Source: Azolla caroliniana (taxonomy: Eukaryota; Plantae; Polypodiophyta). From it: a stretch of 64,000 nucleotides of DNA. A program made the position numbers and the translations under genes. Shown here in pieces: positions 26,903 to 39,976 of the stretch. Below the pieces are notes generated by a model. That model searched no databases and was not told where the DNA came from. It saw only the letters and a program-made list of their open reading frames with translations. Position 1 is the stretch's first letter. Each line of letters opens with the position of its first letter. The stretch covers positions 7,812,001 through 7,876,000 of the forward strand of contig JBHGNT010000010.1 in assembly GCA_043228905.1 (NCBI GenBank). Direction: 5' to 3'.

Positions 26903-29900
26903 TTGTCATAAGTGCTCATACACACACACACACACACACACACAATCCTACGCATACAATCACTCTCCTTTATTTATATGGTATCAGAGCGAGTAGTTTT
27001 TTTATCAAGACTAATCGATTGTGGTGTTCTACATACCAATGATCAACAGAACCGGTTCAAGAAATAGAGAAGAAATCATCATGAATACTCAGATGGGAAG
27101 CACTCTTCCTATGGAGAAGCTCGACAAGACAAACTTCACATCTTGGGAGTACAAGATGCATCAGTACCTTGTCTGACAAGGATACTGGAGTTATATTGAA
27201 GGAGCTCATGAAACGCCACCCAACCCAACACACGTCGACTATCCCGTTTGGGAGCAGGCTGCAAGCCGTGTGTTGTATTGCCTTGCATCATGTGTACATG
27301 GTCACATGCTCGGTTATATTTGAGAGACGAAAACGCCGAAAGAAGCATGGGGCAATCTCAAGAGGATCTTTACAGCCAATACGGTTGCCCGCAATCTCCA
27401 GCTTTGTCAGGAGTTGAATGGCATTCAACAAAGGGACATGTCAATCGGCAGCTACGCCTTGAAGAATAAGGAGTTGTGTGATGCCCTCAAGTCGATCAAT
27501 GTTGGCATTGACGATGAAGAAATGGTGCAGATATGCCTCGGAGGCTTGGCACCTCGATTCAACGCAATAAGGTTCGTCGTCATTGCTAGAGAGAATCCTC
27601 CCACCTTTTTCGATCTCCAATCAATATTGCTAGTCGAGGAAAATCAAACCCGACAAAGCAGCAACGCACTAGAGGGTCAGATGCTCTACTCCCAGTCGGA
27701 TGATAGAAGAAATTTCGGCCGTGGAAATACAGGTCGATTTGGACAAGGCTGTCACGGTCAGTAGACCCAAGAGCATAACTCCCACCAATGGCAAGCGGAC
27801 AGGAACAATCCCAGAGAGTTCGGCGGAAGGCAGAGTCATCAAGCCGGACCAAGCAATCATGATAACCCAATCAAATGCGGATACTGTGGAAAACTCGGTC
27901 ACTACGAAGAGGACTGCCGAAAGAATAAGCGAGAGTTTGCTTCAACCAGCCGACAGGTCATGAACTATGCATCAATTTCAGACTACGACAATCGTAGCGG
28001 AATGTTTACGAATTATACATCGAATTCTGACTACGATGATCGTAGCAGAATGTTCATGATAAGGCACAAAGTGCACTCAATGGCGACACAAGGCGAAACA
28101 AGCACCACGCCCTCAAAGAATGTATGGTTTGTTGACTCGAGAGCATCCAACCACATGGCGTCTCATGAAGATTGGTTTCGGGAATTACGAAAACCCAAAC
28201 GTCCCAGATATGTCAAGACAGGTGATGACACGGCTCATCCAATATAGCATATCGAGAACATCCCATTCGGAAACGAAGACAAACAAACCTACCTCAAGAC
28301 GTACTACATGTTCCTACCATCACGAAAAACCTGGTCTCGGTTGGCCAGATTGTTGAACAAGGAATGCAAGTACGATTCAACAATGATGGGTGCTTTATCG
28401 AAAGAGGTGATCGAGTCATAACTCACGGCCGTCGTGAAGGCCGTATGTTTGTCCTCGAATCGAACGAGGTAAAATCGACCATGTTTGCAAAGGGCCTCAA
28501 AGTCGAAACCGACCTAAACTTGTGGCACAAGAGAATTGGTCACATCAATATCTAGAAGCTTCAGAACATGCAATTGAAAGGAGTCGTAATCAGACTCCCA
28601 AACTTTACTATGAAAGGAGATTACGGGCGTATGTGAAGCGTGCTAGTTCGGAAAGCAACGCGGACACCCATTCCCGAAAGAGTGGAATGTGAGCAAAGGG
28701 ATCCTGGATGTCGTACATTTAGATGTATGGGAACCGGCCCAAACAACCACACTTGGCGGATGCCGATATTACGTTACGTTCATCGACGACTTCTCCGGGC
28801 ACACCTGGATCTACCTGATGAGACAAAAGAGCGAAGTGTTCAGACACTCTAGAGGTTCAAAGCCGAAACTGAAAAAACTATGGGCCAACACATATGCTGC
28901 CTTCGATCAGATGGAGGCAACGAATATTTATCGGATGAGTTTACGGTGTATCTCCGAAAGGAAGGAATCCGATGAGAATTTTCATGCCGTCACACACCTC
29001 ATCAAAATGGCTTAGCCGAGCGGAAGAACCGGCACATAGTAGAGGTTGCACGAGCAATGATGCATGAGAAGAACCTGCCGAAATCATACTGGGCAGAAGC
29101 GGCGAACATGGCCGTATACGTCATGAATAGGTGCACAACCTCGGGAGTACACAACGCAACCCCCCATGAGAAGTTTCTTGGTAAGAAGCCGAACTTATCA
29201 CATGTTCGTATTTTCGGCTCAATCGCTTATGTGCATATTCCCGATGATATGTGACAAAAGCTCAATCCAAAGTCGGAGAAATGTATCCTCGTGGGGTACT
29301 CGCTCGAATAGAAGGGGTACAAATGCTACAATCCATCTACCTGAAAAGTTCAAACAAGTCGAGATGTCGTTTTCGACGAGTCCGCATCCTGGCACGCACC
29401 AGAGACAACTTCGACTTCGACTCCGCTCGACCCGGAATACGCCGAAATAGAGGCAGAAGCTAAAGATCAACTTACGCGCATGTTCGACGAAAGTCCAATC
29501 ATGACCCGAATAAGTGGGCCAAAAGAACCTCCGAGTGATCAAAGCACATCTCAACCAAGTCCGAAGCTGGACAAAGGGGAGGCGAAAATGCCAGAGTATG
29601 AAGACGATCACTTCAACGGCAACAAATCGACTCACTCCCTCAATAGTGAGTTCGAAGGCCTTGACATCAAGACAAATGGAGCGAAGAAAGCCTTAGTATC
29701 CGCAAATGAGAAGCTCTACCGATCCACCCGTGAGAAGAACCCCATAAGTCGATTCGGATACAATGATTACATGGCGTATCATTATGCCTTTATGATGAAG
29801 GTAGCGTCAGTACGGGAGCCGGAAAACCTTTCTGAAGCCGTAAAGGATCGATGATGGGTCGACGCAATGAATGAAGAAATGCAAGCCCTACGCAAAAACG

Positions 29901-31751
29901 AGACATGGGATCTCATTCCTCACATTCCGCACAAGAAAGCAATTGGCTGTCAATGGATTTACAAAGTGAAACACAATGCCGACGGCTCCATAAATCCCTT
30001 CAAAGCATGGCTCGTTGCAAAAGAATACACATAAACGCACGGAGTTGACTATGAAGAGACCTTTGCCCCAGTGGCAAAGATGACAACTGTGCGAACCGTG
30101 GTTGCAATCGCAATAGCAAAAGGGTGGCACCTCCATCAGATGGACGTGAAGAACGCCTTCCTCCAAGGGGAAGTAGAGGAGGAAGTGTACATGATCCAAC
30201 CACCCGGCTTTGAATCGTGCCATCATCCGAACGTCGTGTGCCGACTCAAGAAGCCACTCTACGGCCTCAAACAAGCACTATGTGCGTGGCATTCGAAGAT
30301 CACGCAATATCTTCATCAAATCGGATTTCGAATGTCAAAATCTGATATTTCTTTGTACATTCGAAATGAGTCAGATAGCCTGATCGTCATCGTCCTATAC
30401 ATGGATGATTTGGTCATCGAAGGAAAGGAGCTTGCCGAGATTAACAAGGTCAAATCACTTCTCTCCGACAAATTCGAAATGGAAGACCTGCACGAGCTCC
30501 ATCGAAGTAATTCGGACACTAGTCGGGATAATGATCTCACAACGACACTACGTTCTCAACTTACTCTACAAGTTCAGCATGACGGAGTGCAAACCTGTGT
30601 CCACCCCACTTGACCGTAATCTCAAGCTTGATGTCGATTCCGGAATAGCCGAGTGCGAGCCAACTCAGTATCGCCAATTGATCGACAACTCATATACTTA
30701 ACCATTACGCGACCCGACCTCAACTATTCGGTCGGCCTACTTAGGCAATTCATGCAAAATCTGTGAAACCTTCATCTTGATTGCGCTAAGAGGGTACTTC
30801 GGTACGCCAATGGTACGATGGATTATGGCATCAGATATAGGTCAAATACGATAATTTGACTCAAAGGGTACACAGACGCGGACTGGGTAGGTTATAAAGC
30901 GGATAGATGGTCAACATCCGGATTCGTCTTCTCCCTCGGCAGCAAAGCAATCTCATGGAGTAACATGAAGCAACCAACAATCGCATTATCGAGCACGGAG
31001 GCCGAATACAGGGGCGCGACGCTCGCCACGTGCGAAGCCGTATGGCTCAAGCGTATACTGAAGGATTTGGGCGTACCCATGAAGGATCCGATTCGTCTAT
31101 ACTGCGACAACATGAGTAGTATCTACTTAGCGTGGAACCCCGTATTCCACGCGCGGACTAAGCATATCGAAGTGCACTACCACTTCATCCGCGAACACAT
31201 GCAGGCCGAAGATATAGACTTACACCACATCAACACAAATCTATAGGTAGCCGACATTTTCACGAAAGCCTTGGGTATCGACAAGCTACGACGGTTCGCG
31301 TCGAACCTTGGCCTATCTATTCCCGACCAGCCGAGCTTGAGGGGGAGTACAAAATAGTGAACCAATCTATTGATCGAAGCCGAACAAGGAGTATGCAACC
31401 GAAAAGCCGCACAATCGAAGTTCGAAGCATTCTGAAGATTGATCCGAAACAATTTTTCAATATACGAAAGATGTGTTCGAAGGGGTGTGTTGAGAATTGA
31501 ACTCAACTTCCCATAGAAATAGGTTTCACACTAGCTCATGGACATGCCAGACTAGTTTTGTAAATAGTAGAAAGGACCCTTGCCCTAGTTTAGTTGGTAT
31601 TTAAACCAACCTTTTGTAACTTTTTTACTATTGTAAGTAATACATAGTTTTCTCATCTTAAGACTCTCTCTCTCTCTCTCTCTCATAAGTGCTCACACAC
31701 ACACACACACACAGTCCTACCGGTGCATACAATCACTCTCCTTTATTTATA
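26770..31751 (+). mobile_element. Ty1/copia LTR retrotransposon (Copia-2), full gag-pol but decayed
   Basis: PBS TGGTATCAGAGC 26979-26990; gag ~27080-27960; protease; integrase; RT (HQMDVKNAFL, LYMDDL); RNaseH (YCDNMS, RTKHIE); PPT; 3' LTR 31488-31751. Many stops and frameshifts. Confidence 0.93.
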
Positions 31752-32183
31752 ATTGTGCTAAGTATCTCAACACTGGCATAAGTGATTGATGATGTTAAAT
31801 TAAGTCTCAAACTATTGAGTGCACGATTATGTATTAGGTCTAGGGGCGGCTTTCTTGTTTATCGAGATTTGACATTCACTACTAGGTGAGACACAATAAG
31901 AGCATGATGTTGATGGCGATAGAGAAGTTACAAATGAAATGACCATGGAAAAAAGGGACATAGTGAGGTGGGGTGAGGAGGCATGGAACACTATGAGGGA
32001 GCAGGTGAGAGTGGTTTCTACAACTGACGGAAACCGAATACGAACTAGCCGACTTGTGGAAGGGTGAGGTCGATGTGATAGGGGTTGGGCGGGGGTGCAA
32101 ATGGAGTGAATAGATAATGTATACATATGCATATAGGTGGAGAGGCTGTCAACTGATGTATGTGGACGTGGAGGGAGACGGTG

Positions 32184-33307
32184 CAGGGCGCGTTTTGGAA
32201 GGCGCATGCAATTTGCACCATAAGATCTTTATCCAAAAAAAGTGTGCCATCATAAAATTTGATTTTTGGTAGCCCGAGTAGCTCAACCATTCAAATCACA
32301 TTTTCTTGGCTCAAATTAGTAGTTATGACTCATTCCCGTCAAATGATTTTGTGAGTGTTTAGAAATGGATGGTTAAAATGTTCTTGAAAATGGATAAAAT
32401 GGTATGATGGGTTATATTCTTGTGGATGCATGCAATTGTGCATGCATTGGATGATTTTGAAAACTTGCATGTTTTGAGTAGCAACATATATGCCAAGATG
32501 GAGGTCGAGAATAGCATGGAGGCAGCAAAGGTAGAGACTAATGAGGTTGTAGATCCCATACCGGAACATGAACCATCAAATGTTGATGTTACTCCAAAAG
32601 TTGAGTTTATGTTCATCTTTGTAATCCAACTACAATTATGTATACATTGGTTTATTCTAGGAATCCAACTACAGTTATGTATATATTGGTTTATTCTAAT
32701 GCATATGTCATTGCCAACTGGCCGCTAACCCACTCAATGTAGTAGCTTGCCTAATTAATGAGTAGCCCGACCAAAATTACCATAGTCGGTCAACTACCTA
32801 TAATGATCCCTTTTCAACGATCAAATTAATGATAATTTTGCCAACCTTTGGCCATTCGTTTTCACTTAAATTTAACCCTAGTCTTCCTTGATTTTGCCCG
32901 CAGTTTTCCTTAATTACTATCAAACATTATACATACTAAGATATTGCGATCATGTCGGGATATATGCCGATTTCATATTTGTAATGTCAGAAGAAGATTT
33001 GTGCGTGTTTTAATTTTAATGGTAGAAATTTGATATTATCTAAAACTCAAGAGATTTTGATGACAATTTTTTTTTTTTTTTTTTCCTGGACTTACAAGTT
33101 TTTTTGAAGTTCTGGATGTCAAGCTTCGAGTCGGGCTACTGCGCCAAGTTGGTCGGGCTATTGTGTTGAGTCAAGCTTACTGCCTTGAGTCGATCGGGGC
33201 TACTGCAGTTGGGGCTACCAAAGATGTATTTTTATAATGGCGCGCTCTTTATGGATTAAAGATCTGACGGTGCAGATCGCACGAGCTCTCGGAAAAGGGG
33301 CACCCTG
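32184..33307. mobile_element. Non-autonomous DNA transposon with ~95-bp imperfect TIRs (hAT-like)
   Basis: Left CAGGGCGCG...TGCACCATAAGATCTTTATCC...TTTGGTAGCCC is the imperfect inverse of right GGGCTACCAAA...GGATTAAAGATCTGACGGTGCA...CACCCTG. Internal GGGCTAC/GTAGCCC repeats. No clear TSD. Confidence 0.7.
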
Positions 33308-33469
33308 TACTATATCTGTTTGTATGTGACCGCGATTTCGTCGCCAGACCACTCTCGTTATGATATTTTGGTAGGAGTATGCAGATAGAGATAGATAGGC
33401 ACGAGCCGAATGCACATGATGATGATGGTCCATGGATGATGTTGACATATATGTATTATCCGTCTTGAC

Positions 33470-33560
33470 GAAACCCTAGGTCAGCGCTCCCCCTCCATTT
33501 TGGGTGCTAAAGTAGTAACTTGTAAGTAAGGTCTAGGGTTTAGGGGTTTAGGGTTTGGGC
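33470..33560 (+). promoter_or_regulatory. Telo-box cluster (AAACCCTA/TAGGGTTT) near the SAM50 start
   Basis: AAACCCTAG at 33471 and TAGGGTTTAGGGGTTTAGGGTTT at ~33534-33556. Telo-boxes are known near plant housekeeping gene starts. Confidence 0.5.
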
Positions 33561-33603
33561 ATGTCCATCTAGCAGCAGCAGCAGCCATCTTCTGCCACCT
33601 CTG

Positions 33604-36600
33604 ATGACTATGGAAGACGATGAGGCAGCACGCTCAAGCTCAAGCTCAAGCTCAAGCTCAAGCTCTCTGCAAGAAAACCCAAGCTTTAACGAACAACTAG
33701 GAAACGAAGGTAATAGTGCGAGTATTGCAGGAAACGAAGAAGATCGTAATTCAGAAGCAGCAACAGCAGCAGCAGCAGCACAGGAGGAAGAAGAAGATGA
33801 TGAAGGCGAAGGCGATGGCGATGGCGAAGAAGAAGAAGAAGAAGAAGAAGATGATGATGATGATGATGACAAAGGAAGCATTGAAGGGGAAGAATCAAGA
33901 CCTGAACCTGAACGACACAGAAGAAGAAGAAGAAGAAGAAGCAGAAGCAGAAGGCACACCATGTCATCTCCCCAGCGTTTATTCAAGAGATTTACCAATG
34001 AGCCCGTTAAGCTGAGGGTGCATGATGTGAAGATCCAGGGTAACGTCCGCACCAAAGACAGCGTTATTGAGGCCGAACTGGAGAGTGTTAAGATTGCCGA
34101 GAATTCCCAAGACCTTCTTCGAGAAGTGGCCCTTGCAATTTCTCGTCTCCAAGGGTTAGGAATCTTTGAGGAATGTGTTATCTCATTGGAACCAGGTCCT
34201 GTGGAGCTTCCTGGTACTGCCAATGTTCTTGTGAATGTGAAGGAACCTGAGAACTCCTACTCTGGAGATGTTGGTGTTTATAGCAAGCCTGAGGTGCATA
34301 CATTTCTTCCTCAATTTAGGCATGCATTTTCTGTTTCACAAGTATTTGTGTAGCTTGTGATGTTCTATCTATATATGGCCATACCATCATGCAATAAACA
34401 CAATCAAATATTTTGTATGTACAATGTGGTCATGATTGGAAATTGATATTCAAGTACAGTGACACAGCATGGATACCTCAACTATGTCATGCATTCAAAT
34501 AGACTCAATATTATTCCAAATACAAACAATTCATGCCGATTTGTTACATAGCTCACATCTATGTATGTGGAATAAAAGTGCATCAGATATCTTATGGACA
34601 CTAGAATGTTTAACTTTGATGGGTAGTTTGTGGTTTGCAGACCACGAGCTGGACTTTTGATGGATCTATCAAATGGAAGAACCTCCTAGGAGATGCCGAG
34701 ACTTGGGACAGCACGCTTAGCTATGGCTATGATGGCACTACAGAAATGAGCGCTGGCTTGTTGTATCCCAGGTTCAAGGGCATTCCAGCCGCTTTGGTTA
34801 CTCGTGCATCGGTATTTAACCAAGATTGGTCGAAATATTCTTCATATACTGAGCAAATTATGGGAGTTTCTGCTGGAATAGTTTCTGATACACGTCATGA
34901 TTTGAGCTACAACTTGATGTGGAGAATGTTGAAGGATCCTAGCCACATGGCTTCACCGTCCGTACGTAGACAGCTAGGGCATGGCCTTCTATCATCACTC
35001 AAATATACATTCAAGATTGATGAGCGTGACTCAACATTCAGACCAACCAAAGGCTATGCTATCAGATCATCCTCGCAGATTGCAGGCATTGGATTTCAAA
35101 GCAACCTTATTCGCTTTTTCCGTCAGGTTTGTTCTACCTGTAGTTTACTTTTCTGTTTTTTTAAATGATCATTTACTTGTTTTCAAATCTCAGGATTGCT
35201 AAATTTTAAGTGAAAATTAGGCATTTTTACCATTTGCCCAGCAGTGATTAAACTAGAACATTGTCTTGCATCATTTGTTATTGAGTATCTCCAAAATATT
35301 TCCTGTACATTGAATGTATCATGCTTAATGGATGCATCTATTAGTTGGTGATCCATTTTATTCTTCTCAAAGACATTTGATTCTCTCAACCTAAATAACA
35401 CGTTCTTCTTTATTGTAGCTCTGTATGATGGTCATGTCCTTTTTCCTTTGAGAATGACATATATCATGAAAGCAACATGGAGTAATAATATTGTGCAAAT
35501 GAAACATAGATTAAAAAGACTTGGAAGTAACTTACAAGCTACAGATGAAATCTGGATGAGGATGAGAATATTTTCCATAAAACATTATGGATCAAAAAGA
35601 GCAATTAGAATGTGGAAGCCCATATGCATATATTAAATTGGGAGTTTCACCTTACCTAAATTTCTTAAAGGAGATATGACAATAGTGAAAATGTTTTCAA
35701 TAAACACTATTAATTCACATTACAATTTGTTATATTTTATTAAGTGACCAAGTAGTTGTCCAAGCATAGGTTAGTTAAGTCTCTTTTATTAACGTTCTTT
35801 TGTTTAATTTAGTGTAAGAGTAAGATTATGAAGATGGTTTTTTGAATGAACTAGCTAGCTCACTTTATCAGCATGCTCAAGTGGTTGACACCTCTCGCCC
35901 TTCTTGCAAAGTATAGGATGTTTACCTTGCCCACCTAAACTCATTAGATACAAACTGTTGATGCATAATCCCAATGTATGCTAAATAGGTAGGGACAGTC
36001 TTCGAAGTACATACTTGACACTCAGGGCAGGGGTGGATGAAGTTTCACAAAACAAAGAAGAATGCAACTTCAACAGGGCCTACATACTGAATTGGCTGTA
36101 TGAGATTTGGATGAAAGAACCCAATTTGGTTGCCGCATAGATGAATGAGTTTGATGACATCATTCAGCAGCTGATGGGGTGAAGATGACCATGGAGCCGG
36201 AGGTGATGGTTGTGCTGTTCACGTGCACGTTGTTGCTCAAGCTCACGTGACACCTTATGCACTCCACTAAGCATGAGCACACCATATTGCATTTCCTCTT
36301 ACATAGAGATATGCAGAACACTTCTCTGTGAGAAGATGCATTGAAAGTCAATGGCGGGTGCAGAATGTGGGGAAGCATAAGATGTGCTTGACACGTGAAG
36401 GAAGCTCCTTCAGAGAGGTCATAGCAAGAGTCAAGGATGAGTTTTCTGGGAAAAGATGCTGTAGCCAAGCAAAGTCCTAGCTGAATGCAGTCCAGGGCTA
36501 TAACGAGCGATGGGCCTGGTTCAGTTTCGGTTCGGTTCGGTTTCTTTGCCTTGAAATTGAAATGAACCATTTATGTAAAACAAAAACCAAACCAAACCGT

Positions 36601-39600
36601 TTATGAACTCTCAGCCATTTAAACCAAACCATTTAAAAAAAGATAAACCAAACCATTTAAATTAAAACCGTATAGGGAAAAGTTGAAACCAAACCGAACC
36701 ATCTAATAAAAAATTTAAACCTAACCATTTAAGCCAAACTAATTAAAAATCTATGTAAACAAAAATACATTAAATTAAATAAGCATTTAAGTTAAATTAA
36801 TTAAATAAATAAAAACCATTACATTAATAAATTATTAAGGGGGAAAAAAATTTAATAAAAAACCAAAAAACCTTTAAACCAAACCATTTAAACCTATGAA
36901 CCTATAAACCTGAGTTATAAAACCAAACCGAACTGAAACTAAACCGTTTATTAAAAATCCAAACCATTAAATATTTTTTGGAACCAATAAACCGTTAAAC
37001 TATGGCTTAACAGTTCAGTTCTGTTTGAGCTGAAACCGAGCCCAGAGCTAGCTATAACTGTCACCAAAAAGGGCAGTATTCAAGAGACTACTGTGTCCCT
37101 CGAAGTGGCAATAAAAGACCGGTAGTGATGGGCATGTAAGACAATTATCAGCCTGTCTGATGATGAGGATTGAAGAGATTAATGTCCTGTCTGAGAAGAA
37201 AGAAAGCACAGTAGAATAAAAAAATTCTCTGAGTGACAATAGGAGATGTACTATGTATCTTGGATGGTAAGCTGAGGAGAGTAGCTATACAGCTGCATAT
37301 TTATAATAATTTATACATTGAATTTTGAACTTGCTCCTGTAGATATGTGATGGAAAAATGAGGTGTTTGAGAATGAAATTGTCTGTCTGAAAGTTGAATG
37401 TAGGACCATTGAAGAAATTTTGAGGAAGGTGGTTGCGAGGAACCTAAAGTTTTGTGGATGGTTGGGTAGCTGTGTTCACTGTTGCACATTATCTACATGA
37501 TTTCATTTAGGAATGTTACGAGGTATGCTGATCAAAATTCAGTGAAAAACGTAGTCTTTGTGGCCCTCTATTAATTGTTAATATTTATGTCAAGCTGTTA
37601 AGAACATTTGTAAGGTATTCTTCTCACACCAACTGGTACAAGAAACGACAAAAAGGTATATGCATTTCTTGTTCTCATTTCTCACACCTTCTCCAAGCAG
37701 TGTGACTCAGTGATGTGTATGAAGGCAAATCCTATTCCAGGTCTTCAAGCTGTAACTCTAGAATATCCTGTACTTGTAATGATTTAGCTTGGAAAACGTG
37801 AGAACTATGGGACAACTTTACTTGACGAAGTTTCCTAAGCTGTAACTCTAGAATATCCTGTACTTGTAATGGTTTAGCTTGGAAAACGTGAGAGCTATGG
37901 GACAACATTATTTAGTCCATTGCAAAAATTGACTCTAAACAAAAGGGAATGACGATGTTCGCTATCATCCCAGAATTCTATGATGGATACCATCAATTGC
38001 TAACACTACTGGCCAACCTATTCCTTGTTGGGAGGATACGTTGTCTCATTTAATGCAATGTGAAGTTTGTGCCTCTTCTATAAAAAAGCCTCAACTTCTA
38101 CTACGACAGGCGCCTGGATTATTGTCGGAACCTCAAAAGGGATTGCAATTGAAGAGGATATTGAATGACACTCCTGCATTTGCTAGGGTACTAATAAGCT
38201 GAGTGCTTCAGAAAACAAAGACTGACAGAGTTTGTTCCAAGGACCCCAGTTAATCATCTGCCACTCTGGTAATTACCAACATCACATTGATGGGACACTT
38301 CTCATTACTACCGATCATGCTTAATGTTTTGCACGAACTGGTGGTCCAACCACCAGAAAGTAGGTCTCAAAGATGAGAAACTTCTTTCAAAAACAGTATG
38401 CTCATGACATTCTGCAACAATTTTATATGGCTAATTGTGATACGATCCCCATGCCTTCTGATCCCTTAGTCACTCTCTTGAAACATCGTCTGTTCACACC
38501 AGTTGGCTGGGATCCCTATTATTCGTAAATGGCCCGCTTAGTTTGGATTGCATACTCCTAATATCCATTTCTTATGCAGACCACTGAGCATTTTTACTAT
38601 CAAGCCTCGTCAAGCTCATCAATCCACTGCAGAACTCACATAGCAGTATCTATATGGCACTGCCATGTTCAGTATTCTGTATCATCATCATGCTGATTGT
38701 GGTTCTGATTGGGGTTGAAATCCTGACACTCTCTGTTAAACTAATCACGTAGTTTTTATCCTTGGTTCAGGTTCTATATTGTGCAGCAGCAAACACTAGC
38801 CTACTGTTTTGCCTTCATCTGCAGAATCTGAATACCAAGCCGGGTGCTACTGTATCCTCCAATGGAATTATTGTGTTGACAATCTGTGGCCACCATGCTC
38901 CGTTGTGATTAACAAACCCACATTTTGTCTTGCATGGAATCCATTGTTTCCAGGCCACACTGAACCACATGAAAGTGCAGTATCATCATGTTGGGGAGCA
39001 TGTGATTTCTGGAGACTGTCTCACATAGGGTTAATTCTTAGAGCTTCTATTCAGTGTATGGTGATCTAAACACCTTTATGTGGGGCCATTAGTAAGAAGT
39101 GTGTTTATTTTCTGATATGAGTTGTTTTGAAATTTACTCAAACATTGGACTTGGTATATTAACCGTTTATTCTTGTTGTGTAAGTGTTTAGGTAACGTGT
39201 TTTTCTTTCCAATTATTTGTAATTATGTGTTAGAAGTCCTTTTTGCATTCAGTATTTCAGTCTTAAAGTTTCATTAGAAGTCATATTTATATGGCATATT
39301 ACTTGCCTTTCATGTCTGTCACAGATTATTGTTTGTTTTTGAAAACCTAATTATGCAAAATTAAGTATTTAAATAAATCAACTCAATGTAAACTCACCTA
39401 AGATAGTGCATTTTGTGGCAGGAGGTAGATTTGCGAGGTGCCATTCCTCTCGGTTTTGCAAATGCTGCTTTAAATCTTGGAATATCAGGGGGAATAATAA
39501 TACCTTGGGGTCAAGATTTCTGCACAAGGCCAACTCCAATTAGTGATCGATTTTTTGTCGTTGGAAATGCATCTCTTGCTTGTGAGATGAATGGTCCTGT

Positions 39601-39927
39601 CATGATGTCAGGTTTTCGTTGTAGGGGAGTCGGCCCAATGGATATCAGAAGATCTATAAATTCCTTCAGGAATGGTGATGAAGAGGAATCAAGTGATGCT
39701 CTTGGGGGAGACCTTTCAGTTACTGGATTTGCAGATCTATCCTTCGATTTGCCGTTCAAAATTTTGAGGAGCCAGAATATACATGCCCATTGTTTCATCT
39801 GTGCAGGCAATCTTGTTGGCCTTCCGGAAATCGACTTTCCATCCATCTCTCTAAAGAGATTCTGGTCTTCTACCAGGCTTTCTGCTGGTGCTGGCATAGT
39901 GATTCCAACCAAGCTGTTCCGCCTTGA

Positions 39928-39976
<49 letters not shown>

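Noticed and set aside
26533-26955. ORFs with RERERE/LSLSLS runs
   Set aside because: Translations of (CT)n/(CA)n LTR microsatellites.
33540-34223. 227-aa antisense ORF and other frames over SAM50 exon 1
   Set aside because: Low-complexity trinucleotide repeats lack stops; these are shadows of the real exon.
36500-37050. CRISPR-like or telomeric array
   Set aside because: Irregular AAACC motifs without constant repeat/spacer lengths; explained as MITE subterminal repeats.
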